DNA from: Candidatus Kaiserbacteria bacterium
GTDB lineage: Bacteria; Patescibacteriota; Minisyncoccia; Phycocordibacterales; Phycocordibacteraceae
Length of the DNA stretch: 64,000 nucleotides
NCBI GenBank assembly: GCA_026396675.1
Contig: JAPLWI010000013.1
Span: forward strand, 1,218 to 65,217
Direction: 5' to 3'
How positions within the stretch are numbered: the first letter of the stretch is position 1; every line of letters begins with the position of its first letter. This document shows positions 38,539-48,463 of this stretch, one piece after another. A model generated the notes under the pieces. It was not told where the DNA came from. It made no database searches and saw only the letters and a list, made by a program, of their open reading frames with translations. Made by a program: the position numbers and the translations under genes.

Positions 38539-39108
38539 ATGGCGCATAAACTCGAAGAAGAAATAAAACTTGCGGTGCAGGATATACCCGCGATGCTTTC
38601 AAAAATTCGTTCCGTTGCAAAATATGTGAGGATTGAGTATCTACGTGATGTCATTTATGGGGCGAGCGGAGAGAAAAAGAAGATTCGCTTACGAATTCAA
38701 GACAATTTCGAATTTCGTCTTGTAGATGCTACCTATAAATATCGTGTGGCGGTAGAGGAAGGCGTCAAAAAAGAAATAGAAGAGACCCTATATAAAGGCA
38801 ATTCTTGTGAGGACGCATTGAAAATCATTTCTTCGCAGGGACTTATAGAAGAAAATTCGTATGAAAAGACACGAGTTATTTTCGCTGGTCCACACGATAC
38901 TGAAATTACGCTGGATATCTATCCTTATGGCGCATGGGTGGAAATTGAGGGTGAATCATCCAAAATTCACGAAGTCGCGAAACAGCTCGGTTTCAGTCAA
39001 AAAGAGTACATTGAAACAGGGGCAGACGATCTTTATCTGGAATGGATTAAAAAACATAATCTTCCTGAAATGTGGGATGTGCGATTCGGCCTGAACGGTA
39101 ATAAATAA
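38539..39108 (+). CDS. CYTH (class IV adenylate cyclase/triphosphatase-like) protein
   Basis: EEEIK, RLRI, YEKTR, LD..P.G...EIEG. Confidence 0.85.
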   Translation: MAHKLEEEIKLAVQDIPAMLSKIRSVAKYVRIEYLRDVIYGASGEKKKIRLRIQDNFEFRLVDATYKYRVAVEEGVKKEIEETLYKGNSCEDALKIISSQGLIEENSYEKTRVIFAGPHDTEITLDIYPYGAWVEIEGESSKIHEVAKQLGFSQKEYIETGADDLYLEWIKKHNLPEMWDVRFGLNGNK

Positions 39109-39157
39109 TCGATACAGTTTTTTTGTGCTACTTATAATCGGTGGTATAATCCATTTT

Positions 39158-39934
39158 ATGGACTTACAATTATTTATATCTAATGAATTGGCGATTCATT
39201 TTTATTATTCGAGAGATAGTGTTGAAGGAGACATCTTCCATGTAAAAAATCTGTGTTTAGTGTTTCCGGGATTGCCCAACACGATAGATAAGAGTTATTT
39301 CTCAGATAGAGTCAGTAGAGATACTGCATTTCTCTCCGTTTCTTACTACGGTACATGGATGAGTGGTGGAAATTTTAATCCACAAAGCGTAAAACAAACA
39401 ATTCAAGACGCCATTTCATTTGCAAAATCTAAAGAAGGCGTTAAAGCTTTTGACAATGAGAAAATGTGCTGGGAATATGAGAATCTGTTCGTGGTTGGGT
39501 ACAGCTTCGCTGGGAATTTTGTCCTTAACTCGGTTTTGGATAAAGACAGTATAACCTCTATTATACTATGTGCACCTTTGATTTATGTAGACAAACAAAT
39601 TGTCGAAACGGTGTTGGGGAATGACGCAAGTGATTTCTTTGACTCCAATATGTTTTTTCTACAGTTTTTACAGCGCGGTTATCCGTATGTTTTACGGGGT
39701 ATTGAAGATCATTCTTGGGCAAGCTATTTTGATGGATCATACGATCTAAGTAAAATATCGATTCCAGAAAATTATCCGCCAATTCATGTCATTCACGGAA
39801 CTGAAGATACTCAAGTGAATTTCAAATTTTCTGAGTATTTTAATAGTCAGTACCCAACAATCTCCACTCTTGAACTGCAGAAAGGAGTCGGGCATACAAA
39901 AGAGATGTTTCAAAGTAGACACCTACGTGTATGA
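39158..39934 (+). CDS. alpha/beta hydrolase
   Basis: GYSFAG nucleophile elbow, HGTED, GVGH. Confidence 0.8.
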   Translation: MDLQLFISNELAIHFYYSRDSVEGDIFHVKNLCLVFPGLPNTIDKSYFSDRVSRDTAFLSVSYYGTWMSGGNFNPQSVKQTIQDAISFAKSKEGVKAFDNEKMCWEYENLFVVGYSFAGNFVLNSVLDKDSITSIILCAPLIYVDKQIVETVLGNDASDFFDSNMFFLQFLQRGYPYVLRGIEDHSWASYFDGSYDLSKISIPENYPPIHVIHGTEDTQVNFKFSEYFNSQYPTISTLELQKGVGHTKEMFQSRHLRV

Positions 39935-40686
39935 GTAGAAAACTGGTTTGCATAACAGATTGTGTTGATGTTGCATATAACGAATTGCGCGGAGTGGTTT
40001 ATTCAGAATTACAAAAACTTGGCACGGTTTCTGACTTAATAATCGAACCAGTCGTTCCGGTCGAGGCCTTTTCTGTCATAAACGGCAATTTCATCCTACG
40101 CCTCATGGGAGAGGTATATCCTGATGGCACTGTTTTCTTAGTAATTTTAAACCCATTAAAAGAAAGACCTGCTCGCTTAGTTGGGAAAACAAAAAAGAAG
40201 GGGTTTTATTTTGTTGGGGCAAACACGGGTGTGTTTGATTGGTTCACTAAAGATTTCGGAATAGAAGAACTTTATGAATTGCACGATCCTGGATTCGTTC
40301 CATTTGGAGGGAAATATGTACATGCTCCTTCTGCGGTCAAGATAGCGTGTGGAGTAAATCTGGCGACTCTTGGCAAACCTTTTGATAAACAAAATCTATT
40401 GCAATTAGACGTGCAAGATGGCACTATCGTGCACATAGATAATTTCGGGCTGATAAAATTTACCGGTATCCTACCTGAATTAAAAGAGAACACTCAATTA
40501 AAGATTGATATCAACGGGCAGTTTATTTCAGCGGTCTATGCACAAAGAATGATGAGCAGGGAAACAGGCGAATGGGTCTTATATCCTGGCAGTTCTTTGG
40601 GGCTACCTGAGGTAGGAAAAGTAAGATGCAATGGAGCGGAAGAAATACGGGCACGTGTCGGAGAAGTTATTAAAATATCGATTTAA
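39931..40686 (+). CDS. SAM hydroxide adenosyltransferase/chlorinase family (DUF62)
   Basis: ITD, Y..GTVFL, FVGANTG, IVHIDNFG, GSS.G..E. Confidence 0.85.
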   Translation: MSRKLVCITDCVDVAYNELRGVVYSELQKLGTVSDLIIEPVVPVEAFSVINGNFILRLMGEVYPDGTVFLVILNPLKERPARLVGKTKKKGFYFVGANTGVFDWFTKDFGIEELYELHDPGFVPFGGKYVHAPSAVKIACGVNLATLGKPFDKQNLLQLDVQDGTIVHIDNFGLIKFTGILPELKENTQLKIDINGQFISAVYAQRMMSRETGEWVLYPGSSLGLPEVGKVRCNGAEEIRARVGEVIKISI

Positions 40687-40739
40687 AAATTGAAACGGCT
40701 TGTATCTTCTGCAGATACAAGCCGTGACAGCTTTGTTTC

Positions 40740-41876
40740 TCAAATTCCACTTCCGAACTTTTTAAGAAAGAATTCGGTACCGAATCCGCTGGTGATAAGG
40801 CGTTCTCTTTTGCTCTGTAGCAATTTCTTCGTCCAGTCACAAGATCCTCCACCGGCCAGCGAATATCTATCACCCGTGGTTTTCTGAGCAGTTATCTTGT
40901 AACAGATGCCTGAGTAATATCCTATACCCGAGCATCTTTCCAGATCAAAGTAGAAACGCACTTCCGGGTACTTATTCCTGAGTAAATCCACCATCTCCCT
41001 CTCCGCATTTTCCATCTCTCTGATGCAACTCTCAAGAGCTGGGTAGGTAATTGGTATGTCGCTTGCATGTGCAATTTCACTCGGAAGCTTAATTGAATAG
41101 GTTGTAAAGGGTTTAAAGGAACTGTCTTTTGTCCTTCGTACAACTTCATCTTGATCAATCTGACCTGTTGATATCAAATGTTTCAGAATTCTTATGTCTG
41201 AAATCGCCACTGAAACATTTTTAACATCAAAGCCGTGGTCGGATGACCATTTCAAGAATTCCAACCATGTGGCTATGTGCAGATATAGAGATGAAAGTTC
41301 AAACTTATTAAACCCAGCAACATCTCTTGCAGCTGATGCAAGTGCGAATGCCCTGAAATGTGAAGTCAGACCGCCTTGTTTTGGAATATCCTGGATCCTT
41401 AATAGGCGATGACTTGCCGCTAAGTGGGTCTCGTCGCTTTCTTTTGTTATCCGTGCAGTTTTTCTTCTGTGGGCACACTCAATTCCAAGAGCCATACCAG
41501 AATCGCCAAGAACCTCCACGTTTCTTATCGTTGAGAGAGAAACCTTCGGATCAAGCGCTGTGAGAGCGGCATTTGCTCCCAAAGTACTTACTGGCGCCAA
41601 TTCAACGGCTGAGAAGATTCGCGGTAATTTGTCATACAGCGCCCTGTCTAATTCGAGCAAATCTCTAGGATCCACTTCGGCAATTACACTAAGTCGATTG
41701 TTCTCATAATTTCGCATTATGTCAACAGGTGTAATTTTGCTGGCCTTTACCTCAAAGATATACAGAAGCAAAGTCTGTAATTCGCCCCAGCTAATTGCAT
41801 TTGAAGACAAAATCTCAACAACGTTTCCTAGTCCAAGTGACGCTAATAACTTATCTAATGCTGATTTCACACTCAT
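40740..41876 (-). CDS. class II aminoacyl-tRNA-synthetase-like protein
   Basis: ELAPV..LG, STIR..EV, YYSG..YKI, GGG..DW...L....ER...SGFG.E motif-3-like tail. Confidence 0.6.
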   Translation of the reverse strand: MSVKSALDKLLASLGLGNVVEILSSNAISWGELQTLLLYIFEVKASKITPVDIMRNYENNRLSVIAEVDPRDLLELDRALYDKLPRIFSAVELAPVSTLGANAALTALDPKVSLSTIRNVEVLGDSGMALGIECAHRRKTARITKESDETHLAASHRLLRIQDIPKQGGLTSHFRAFALASAARDVAGFNKFELSSLYLHIATWLEFLKWSSDHGFDVKNVSVAISDIRILKHLISTGQIDQDEVVRRTKDSSFKPFTTYSIKLPSEIAHASDIPITYPALESCIREMENAEREMVDLLRNKYPEVRFYFDLERCSGIGYYSGICYKITAQKTTGDRYSLAGGGSCDWTKKLLQSKRERLITSGFGTEFFLKKFGSGI

Positions 41877-42014
41877 AATTCACCTCGCTCCTCGGGATTT
41901 TTTAATCTCAATGTACAAATCTAATACAAGAGTGCCATAATTATCTTAAATGCGCAAGGTTTAAATAACATGAATTATTTGCTAATACTTTTATGCTAAA
42001 ATATACCAACATAT

Positions 42015-42107
42015 ATGCTCACCATTCTCGCTTCTGCCAAGCCAAGTCCGATCCATGGGGTAGGGCTTTTTGCCGATGAGTTTATTCTGGGGAAATATGA
42101 AAAATAA
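42015..42107 (+). pseudogene. N-terminal remnant of a second SET-domain gene
   Basis: MLTILASAKPSPIHGVGLFADEFI then stop; overlaps the next SET gene start. Confidence 0.6.
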
Positions 42108-42693
42108 AAAGCTTGTCATAAAGCAGACCCGTAAGTACGGCAAGGGAGTTTTTGCCGGAGAAGATATTAAAAAAGGCAAAGTAGTTCGCGAACTTTCTGG
42201 AGAAAGAATGACAATTGACGATTTTATAAGAAAAGTGAATTCCGGAAAAGAAAATATCAATGATCCCTTACAGATAGGACGAAGAACTTACATAGATTAT
42301 GATGAGTTATCTCGCACCATAAACCATAGTTGCGATCCGAATTGCGGTATTAGAAAGGTAAAAGAACTTTTTGCGTTGAGAGATATAAAAAAGGGGGAGC
42401 AGATAACCTATGACTATTCTTCAATAATCGCGCCAACCGTGTGGCAAATGAAATGCAAATGCGGTTCGAAGAATTGTCGAAAAATTATAAAAGATGTCTT
42501 ATCCTTGCCGAAAAAACAACGTGAAAAATATCAAAAGCTCGGCGCATTTCAGACATATATGAAAGTATTGCTCAAGGAAGTTGATGCTGGCACTTACAAA
42601 ACGCCGAAATATGAGATTCGCTTGTTGGAGAGTTTAAACAAGAGATATGAAGGGGATACGAAAATAAATAAAAGGAGTAGATTGTCAAGTTGA
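42097..42693 (+). CDS. SET domain protein with post-SET Cys motif
   Basis: GKGVFA, INHSCDPN, ALRDIKKGEQITYDY, CKCGSKNC. Confidence 0.92.
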   Translation: MKNKKLVIKQTRKYGKGVFAGEDIKKGKVVRELSGERMTIDDFIRKVNSGKENINDPLQIGRRTYIDYDELSRTINHSCDPNCGIRKVKELFALRDIKKGEQITYDYSSIIAPTVWQMKCKCGSKNCRKIIKDVLSLPKKQREKYQKLGAFQTYMKVLLKEVDAGTYKTPKYEIRLLESLNKRYEGDTKINKRSRLSS

Positions 42694-42778
42694 CAGAATT
42701 TCGGAAACATATATCATATAAGTAGATGCTCTTTGACTGCTAAAGAGTAAAATCTCAAAAAAAGAAAGGAGATGTGTT

Positions 42779-43819
42779 ATGAACATTCCGAAAGTTGCTT
42801 GGCTCACGGTCAATAGGGCATGCAATTTGCGCTGTCAATGGTGCTACGGTACCTCGCTCGGTTTTGCCAGCGAATCCGAAATGGATTATGAAACCGCAAA
42901 GAATATCGTCCTATTGCTAAAGGATGTTGGCGTCGAATCAATCGTACTGATTGGTGGAGAGCCGACTCTCTGGAAAGATTTATTCAGGTTTAATGACTTT
43001 TGCAACAGTTTGCCGATCAAGACAAATATAGTAACGAACTGTTACAAATTTCATTCCGAACACTTCTGGCTTCAGTACCAACAACATCCCAATTCTCGCA
43101 TAGAACCTTCTTTGAAGGCGTTTGATGAGCGTAGCAGTTTGCTAATAACAAAAAGCAGAGAATTCGAAAAGGTAAGGGTAGGTATGCGACGCGCTGCTGG
43201 GGAATCTAAAACGATGATAAATGTTGTTTACTCCACTCTTATCGAGGGTAATCTGCTGGAAATGGTGTCGGCGGCTGTTGATTTGGGCGCCTACTCAGTG
43301 CGAATTGGTGTTTGCAAGCCAATGTCCATCGGTGGCAAGTTCGCTGCACCATTTACCGTTCCATTCGGTAGAATGGCTTCAGAAATAACGAGCAACTATG
43401 CGAAAATGGTTGATATTACAAAAGGAAGATTGTCGTTCGCGTTAAGTACACCGTTCTGTGTGTGGCCGGCTGACTTCATTCAAGACGGTATTGCACACAA
43501 GAGAATTGGTGTCGGGGGATGCCAATTCCAAAAACATTCAGGTGTAGTTTTTGACACAGACGGCACAGTGGTCTTGTGCAACACAATGTTTGAATGTCCC
43601 GTTGGTAAATACGGCGTTGATTTTAACGACAGCTTGTCATTTCTCGCCATGATAAACGGCGAGAAAGTCAACAGTATTTACAGACACATTAGCTCTTATC
43701 CATCAGAAGAATGCATTGGTTGCGATTTTTTCCAAGAATGCCAAGGGGGTTGCCCAATAATGTGGACAGTGTATAATCCAAATGGAATCGTTCATTCCAT
43801 AAAAAAAGGAGGTGAGTAA
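42779..43819 (+). CDS. radical SAM/SPASM-domain enzyme
   Basis: CNLRCQWC, GGEPTL, C...DG.V.LC and CIGCDFFQECQGGC. Confidence 0.93.
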   Translation: MNIPKVAWLTVNRACNLRCQWCYGTSLGFASESEMDYETAKNIVLLLKDVGVESIVLIGGEPTLWKDLFRFNDFCNSLPIKTNIVTNCYKFHSEHFWLQYQQHPNSRIEPSLKAFDERSSLLITKSREFEKVRVGMRRAAGESKTMINVVYSTLIEGNLLEMVSAAVDLGAYSVRIGVCKPMSIGGKFAAPFTVPFGRMASEITSNYAKMVDITKGRLSFALSTPFCVWPADFIQDGIAHKRIGVGGCQFQKHSGVVFDTDGTVVLCNTMFECPVGKYGVDFNDSLSFLAMINGEKVNSIYRHISSYPSEECIGCDFFQECQGGCPIMWTVYNPNGIVHSIKKGGE

Positions 43820-43820
43820 A

Positions 43821-43973
43821 ATGGACGCATTCTTAAAGCAGTTTCAGGTTTCTGGGATCGAATCCCCACAGTTCGTCCAGACCAGTTCAACTGGCAACAG
43901 TCAGACGAACTTTGAGACCGATGGTTGCGGCGGAGACGGTTGCGGCAATGGCTGCGATCCGGATCCGGGCTAG
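43821..43973 (+). CDS. 50-aa putative RiPP precursor MDAFLKQFQVSGIESPQFVQTSSTGNSQTNFETDGCGGDGCGNGCDPDPG
   Basis: AAGGAGGTGA SD inside the rSAM 3' end, ATG 1 nt after its stop, followed by a terminator; not in the ORF track. Confidence 0.8.
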   Translation: MDAFLKQFQVSGIESPQFVQTSSTGNSQTNFETDGCGGDGCGNGCDPDPG

Positions 43974-43986
43974 GCGGTCTCAGCAC

Positions 43987-44028
43987 AAAAGGTGCCACTA
44001 TTGTATTAGTGGCACCTTTACTTTTTCT
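43987..44028 (+). terminator. intrinsic terminator
   Basis: AAAGGTGCCACTA/TAGTGGCACCTTT plus T tract. Confidence 0.8.
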
Positions 44029-44053
44029 GTAATCAAGACAATATTGTATATAT

Positions 44054-46087
44054 ATGAAAATGCCACGAACAAAAAAGGAAGATATTGTTGATGAAATACA
44101 TGGCATTCTCGTTTCCGATCCGTATCGCTGGTTGGAGAGTGGCGACGATGAAGATGTTAAGAAGTGGGTTGCCGAACAGAACCACTATACAGATTCATTT
44201 TTAAAAAACAAATATCAAAAGAAGTTCTCGGATGAACTTGTCAAGGATTTTAATGCCGTTGAGTTTTCTAATCTTCTTCCGGTCAAAGGGCGTTATTTCT
44301 TTACCGAGCGACGACTGGGTGAAGATCAAAAGGTTTTATATGTTAAAGACGGTCTAAATGGTATCCCAACAAAATTGGTTGACCCAAATGAACTGCACAA
44401 AGATCACTCGATCTCTCTTGATTATTGGAAACCTGGGTGGACAGGTAACTATGTCGCCTATGGTTTGTCCGAAGGTGGAGATGAGATGTCTACATTATAC
44501 ATAATAGATGTTGACAAAAAAGAAAATTTGCAAGAAAAAATCGTTAACTGCAGTTACCCATCTATTCAATGGCTGCCTGACGACTCGGGATTTTTCTATA
44601 CACGGAATCCGCGTTCTGGCACAGTTCCTAAAGGCGAAGATCGCCTTCATGTAAAAGTATATTTTCACGAGCTTGGGAGCAATCTTGATGACGACCCATT
44701 GATCTTCGGCGCTGGGCGACCAAAGGATGACAAAATAAACCTCACATCATCAATTGACGGGAGGTATGTCGCCATTCATGTTTCCAGCGGGTGGACTGAG
44801 AATGAGATATATATCTACGACAGAGAACAAGTCAAAGTTATGCCTATGATTGTTGGCATATCGGCAAAATTCAAACTTATATTTCTAAGCGACAAGGCAC
44901 TTCTCTTTACGAATTATAAGGCGAATAATTATAAGGTACTTTCAACCGGTCTTGAGAATTTGTTTAAGCCCGTTGATGAATGGAAGGAGTTCTTTCCAGA
45001 AAAAGAAAATCTTCTGGCAAGCGTGGTTGCCTCAGAAGATCGGGTTCTGCTTGAATATCAGGTGAATGCCTGCTCTGGAATAATCATGCTCGATTACTCC
45101 GGTAGAGAAATTGAGAAGGTGCCATTACCCGACTATTCGCATGTGACCGCTATCACCGCGTCGAGAACCGAGAAAGAATTCTTCTACAGTATAGTATCGT
45201 TCACTTCTCCGAGAATTACCTACCGTTTTAATCCTGAGAATCAAAAATTTGAAACATATAGAACAGCAGATAATCCGATAGACCCAGAACAGTACATAAC
45301 CAAACAAGAATGGTATGCGTCAAAAGACGGGACTAAGATTCCGATGTTTATCGTGCACAAAAAGAATGTGCTTCTGAATGGCACAAATCCAACCATACTT
45401 TACGGGTACGGAGGTTTTGGTTCGAGCGAGACCTCAGATTTCAATCGGGGTCTCGTGCCGTGGCTAGAGCGCGGTGGAATCTATGCTGTTGCCAATATCC
45501 GCGGAGGAGGTGAATTCGGCAAAGAGTGGCATAAAGGCGGAATAAAAGAGAATAAACAAAACAGTTTTGATGATTTTATCGCCGCTACTGAGTATCTCAT
45601 CAATCAGAAATATACGGATATCAATCATCTGGGCATTCTCGGGGCTAGTAATGGCGGCCTGCTTGTCTCGGCCGTCGCGGTGCAACGGCCTGATTTATTC
45701 AAGGCAGTTTGTGCCAGAGTACCGCTCACGGATATGGTTCGATTTCAGAAATTCGGCATGGCTGTCCGATGGGTACACGAATATGGAAATCCTGACATAA
45801 AAGAAGGTTTGGAGCGGATTTTAAAATGGAGCCCCTATCATAATGTGAAAGAAGGCGTGGAATATCCAAATATGCTGTTTATTACCGCGGACAAAGATAC
45901 GAGAGTGGATCCGATGCATTCCAGAAAAATAACAGCATTACTTCAGTCGGTGAATAAGGAGAACAAGATTTTGCTCTTTACTGAGACCGAAGCAGGTCAT
46001 GGGGCGGGAAAGCCAGTGTCAAAAATCATTGAATCGCAATCATTTGTTTTGACCTTTTTTGCCAGAGAACTTGATTTGAATGTCTGA
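44054..46087 (+). CDS. prolyl oligopeptidase (S9A)
   Basis: DPYRWLE, YGYGGF, NIRGGGEFG, GASNGG, DTRV, AGHG. Confidence 0.95.
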   Translation: MKMPRTKKEDIVDEIHGILVSDPYRWLESGDDEDVKKWVAEQNHYTDSFLKNKYQKKFSDELVKDFNAVEFSNLLPVKGRYFFTERRLGEDQKVLYVKDGLNGIPTKLVDPNELHKDHSISLDYWKPGWTGNYVAYGLSEGGDEMSTLYIIDVDKKENLQEKIVNCSYPSIQWLPDDSGFFYTRNPRSGTVPKGEDRLHVKVYFHELGSNLDDDPLIFGAGRPKDDKINLTSSIDGRYVAIHVSSGWTENEIYIYDREQVKVMPMIVGISAKFKLIFLSDKALLFTNYKANNYKVLSTGLENLFKPVDEWKEFFPEKENLLASVVASEDRVLLEYQVNACSGIIMLDYSGREIEKVPLPDYSHVTAITASRTEKEFFYSIVSFTSPRITYRFNPENQKFETYRTADNPIDPEQYITKQEWYASKDGTKIPMFIVHKKNVLLNGTNPTILYGYGGFGSSETSDFNRGLVPWLERGGIYAVANIRGGGEFGKEWHKGGIKENKQNSFDDFIAATEYLINQKYTDINHLGILGASNGGLLVSAVAVQRPDLFKAVCARVPLTDMVRFQKFGMAVRWVHEYGNPDIKEGLERILKWSPYHNVKEGVEYPNMLFITADKDTRVDPMHSRKITALLQSVNKENKILLFTETEAGHGAGKPVSKIIESQSFVLTFFARELDLNV

Positions 46088-46122
46088 CGGTTTTTTTATG
46101 CTAGAATTATCGGCAACAACCT

Positions 46123-47718
46123 ATGGACCTAAACACTTGCTTTGCGACGATAGGTGATTTACGGAGTTTGGCGCTCTATGCTAATTTCGTTCCTGCGGCT
46201 GCCAGTATTATTCTTGGTGGTTTCGTAGTATGGAAGGCGAACAACAGACAAAAAGCCATCGCATTTGCGAGTTTCGTTGGGGTATTTTCTCTCTGGTTGA
46301 TCGCGAACGGAATTATCTGGACTTCCAATAATTACTATCTAGTAGCTGGGCTTTGGTCTCCGATCAGCTATTTCGAACTTCTTTTCTTCTTGCTTCTTTT
46401 CCGCTTCTTCTATCTCGATGTTTTCGATTCGATTCCGCGTTGGCTCAATATCCCTGTGACACTGGCTGCAGTGGGCTCTTTCGTTATTAATGTTCTCGGT
46501 CAATCAGTGTCTGGATTTGACTTGTCATGGTGCAATATGAATGACAGTGAACTTCTTGCTTCAAATAATTTATACATAGAAATCGCCATATTGCTCGTGG
46601 TACTTGGGCTTGGTATTTATAAATTCATTAAGTTAAAAGGGAACAAAAATGAGCGTGTGCGATTAAGCATCATCACGATTTCGATCGTACTCTTTATGGG
46701 CATTTTTTCGGGTTCGGAGTATATCGCAAATAATCTCGGTGGCAATTACACATATGAACTATACGCACTGTTCGCAATGCCGATCTTTATTTTGCTCATA
46801 ACCGTCGCTATTACGAGCTACGGTACTTTCCGGCTCGGGGACACAGTCGCAAAGGCGCTCTTCTACATCTTTATTGTATTTTCTGGCGCGCAGTTCTTCT
46901 TTGTTACAACAACAGCGAGCGTGATACTTATAACGGTCGCATTCCTCATAACCTTATGTTTCGGCGCTCTTCTCTTACAAAGTTATGAAAGAGAAACCCG
47001 TATTCGTGCAGAACTTGAAATCTCGAACAGAGGGCAGGAAAATCTTATTCACATCATTAATCATCAGATTAAGGGATACCTTGGCACAGCGAGAAATGTC
47101 TTCGCTGAATTGTTGGAAGGTACTGATTATGGCCAGATGCCAGAAGCGTCCAAACCGCTTTTGTCAAAAGGTCTTGAAGAGATGGCGGCAGGAGTTGATT
47201 ATGTTCAGGGAATATTGAAGGGAAGTAATGCCCATAGCGGCAAGTTGCCATACGATATGAAGCCAGTAGACCTGAAGTCAGTGGTTTCTGGTCTCGCAAT
47301 CAAACAAAAAGAAGTCGCAGAAAAAGCCGGATTGTCATTTGAGTCAAACATCACTGATGGCGAATACACTATTACCGGCGATGCCACAATGCTTGAAGAG
47401 GCATTTAAAAATCTCATTACGAATGCGATTAAATATAACAATCCGAATGGAAGCATAGCGGTTTCATTGTCACGCTCCGGTCAAAAGATTCTTTTTAGCG
47501 TGAAGGACACCGGAATGGGCATTTCAAAAGAGGATGAGCCGAAATTATTCAAGCCAGGCGGCGTAGGGAAGGACTCCATAAAATACAATGTTGAATCGTC
47601 CGGCTTCGGCCTCGCTTTCGTAAAGCCGGTTGTTGAAAAGCACCAAGGCAGGGTGTGGTTCAAATCAAACAGCCCAGAACAAGGTACGGCATTCTTCGTA
47701 GAGTTGCCGGTTAAATAG
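46123..47718 (+). CDS. multi-TM sensor histidine kinase
   Basis: HQIK H-box, NLITNAIKY, DTGMG, GFGL; no adjacent response regulator. Confidence 0.9.
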   Translation: MDLNTCFATIGDLRSLALYANFVPAAASIILGGFVVWKANNRQKAIAFASFVGVFSLWLIANGIIWTSNNYYLVAGLWSPISYFELLFFLLLFRFFYLDVFDSIPRWLNIPVTLAAVGSFVINVLGQSVSGFDLSWCNMNDSELLASNNLYIEIAILLVVLGLGIYKFIKLKGNKNERVRLSIITISIVLFMGIFSGSEYIANNLGGNYTYELYALFAMPIFILLITVAITSYGTFRLGDTVAKALFYIFIVFSGAQFFFVTTTASVILITVAFLITLCFGALLLQSYERETRIRAELEISNRGQENLIHIINHQIKGYLGTARNVFAELLEGTDYGQMPEASKPLLSKGLEEMAAGVDYVQGILKGSNAHSGKLPYDMKPVDLKSVVSGLAIKQKEVAEKAGLSFESNITDGEYTITGDATMLEEAFKNLITNAIKYNNPNGSIAVSLSRSGQKILFSVKDTGMGISKEDEPKLFKPGGVGKDSIKYNVESSGFGLAFVKPVVEKHQGRVWFKSNSPEQGTAFFVELPVK

Positions 47719-47836
47719 TTCTCAACAGCGCAGTCATTGTAAGATTGGCGTGGCGCGGTAGCATATACTCTGGCTTCTAGTTCATTATTTTTGGTTTTTA
47801 GGCATAGTTTTCTCAAAATCACCAAGGGGGTGAAGG

Positions 47837-48037
47837 ATGAGAGCGATAGAAGAGTTGTACAAAGATGGATTTCGTCCCGCGTATTACATTGCAAATGAAA
47901 TTTGGGAAGCCCTTGAACTCGAAGAGATGGAGGATCTCACGATCGAGAATCTGGATTTAAAAATTTCCGAAAAGGATGCAAAAGGGGAAATAGCAATCTT
48001 TGAAGGCGAAGAACATGTTATATTTCTCGCAAGATAA
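47837..48037 (+). CDS. small acidic hypothetical protein
   Basis: AAGGGGTG SD-like site, downstream terminator. Confidence 0.55.
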   Translation: MRAIEELYKDGFRPAYYIANEIWEALELEEMEDLTIENLDLKISEKDAKGEIAIFEGEEHVIFLAR

Positions 48038-48085
48038 AACCCCGCACAATATACCGTGCGGGGTTTATTATGTAATTAAAATAAT

Positions 48086-48439
48086 TTACGCACGGCCGTA
48101 CTGGTCTTCAAGGCGTTTTTCATCTTCTTCATCAAAGTCGCCAAAAGATATTTCTAGAAAAGAGAGTCCTTCAGAATCGCTAAGTGCGCGGTGCGCTGTG
48201 CATCGCGGAATGAAAAAAGTATCGCCTTCGCGCACACTAATTTCTTTTTCTCCTACGTGAACGGTACCGGAACCCTTGATAACCCGCCCGAATTCATCGC
48301 GGTGTTCGTGGGTCTGCAAACTAAGCTCCTCGCCGGCATTGAGCGTTAAGATTTTTACCGTTGTCTGTTCGTTGAGTGTAAAGCGTTCAAAGTTTCCCCA
48401 AGGGCGTTCTACTTTTCCATAATTAGCGAGACCTTCCAT
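48086..48439 (-). CDS. cupin, mannose-6-phosphate isomerase type II C-terminal-like
   Basis: RPWG, LSLQ.H.HR.E, HR, E.D..RLED.YGR. Confidence 0.88.
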   Translation of the reverse strand: MEGLANYGKVERPWGNFERFTLNEQTTVKILTLNAGEELSLQTHEHRDEFGRVIKGSGTVHVGEKEISVREGDTFFIPRCTAHRALSDSEGLSFLEISFGDFDEEDEKRLEDQYGRA

Positions 48440-48463
48440 GCTATAAAGTATACAATACTTCTT

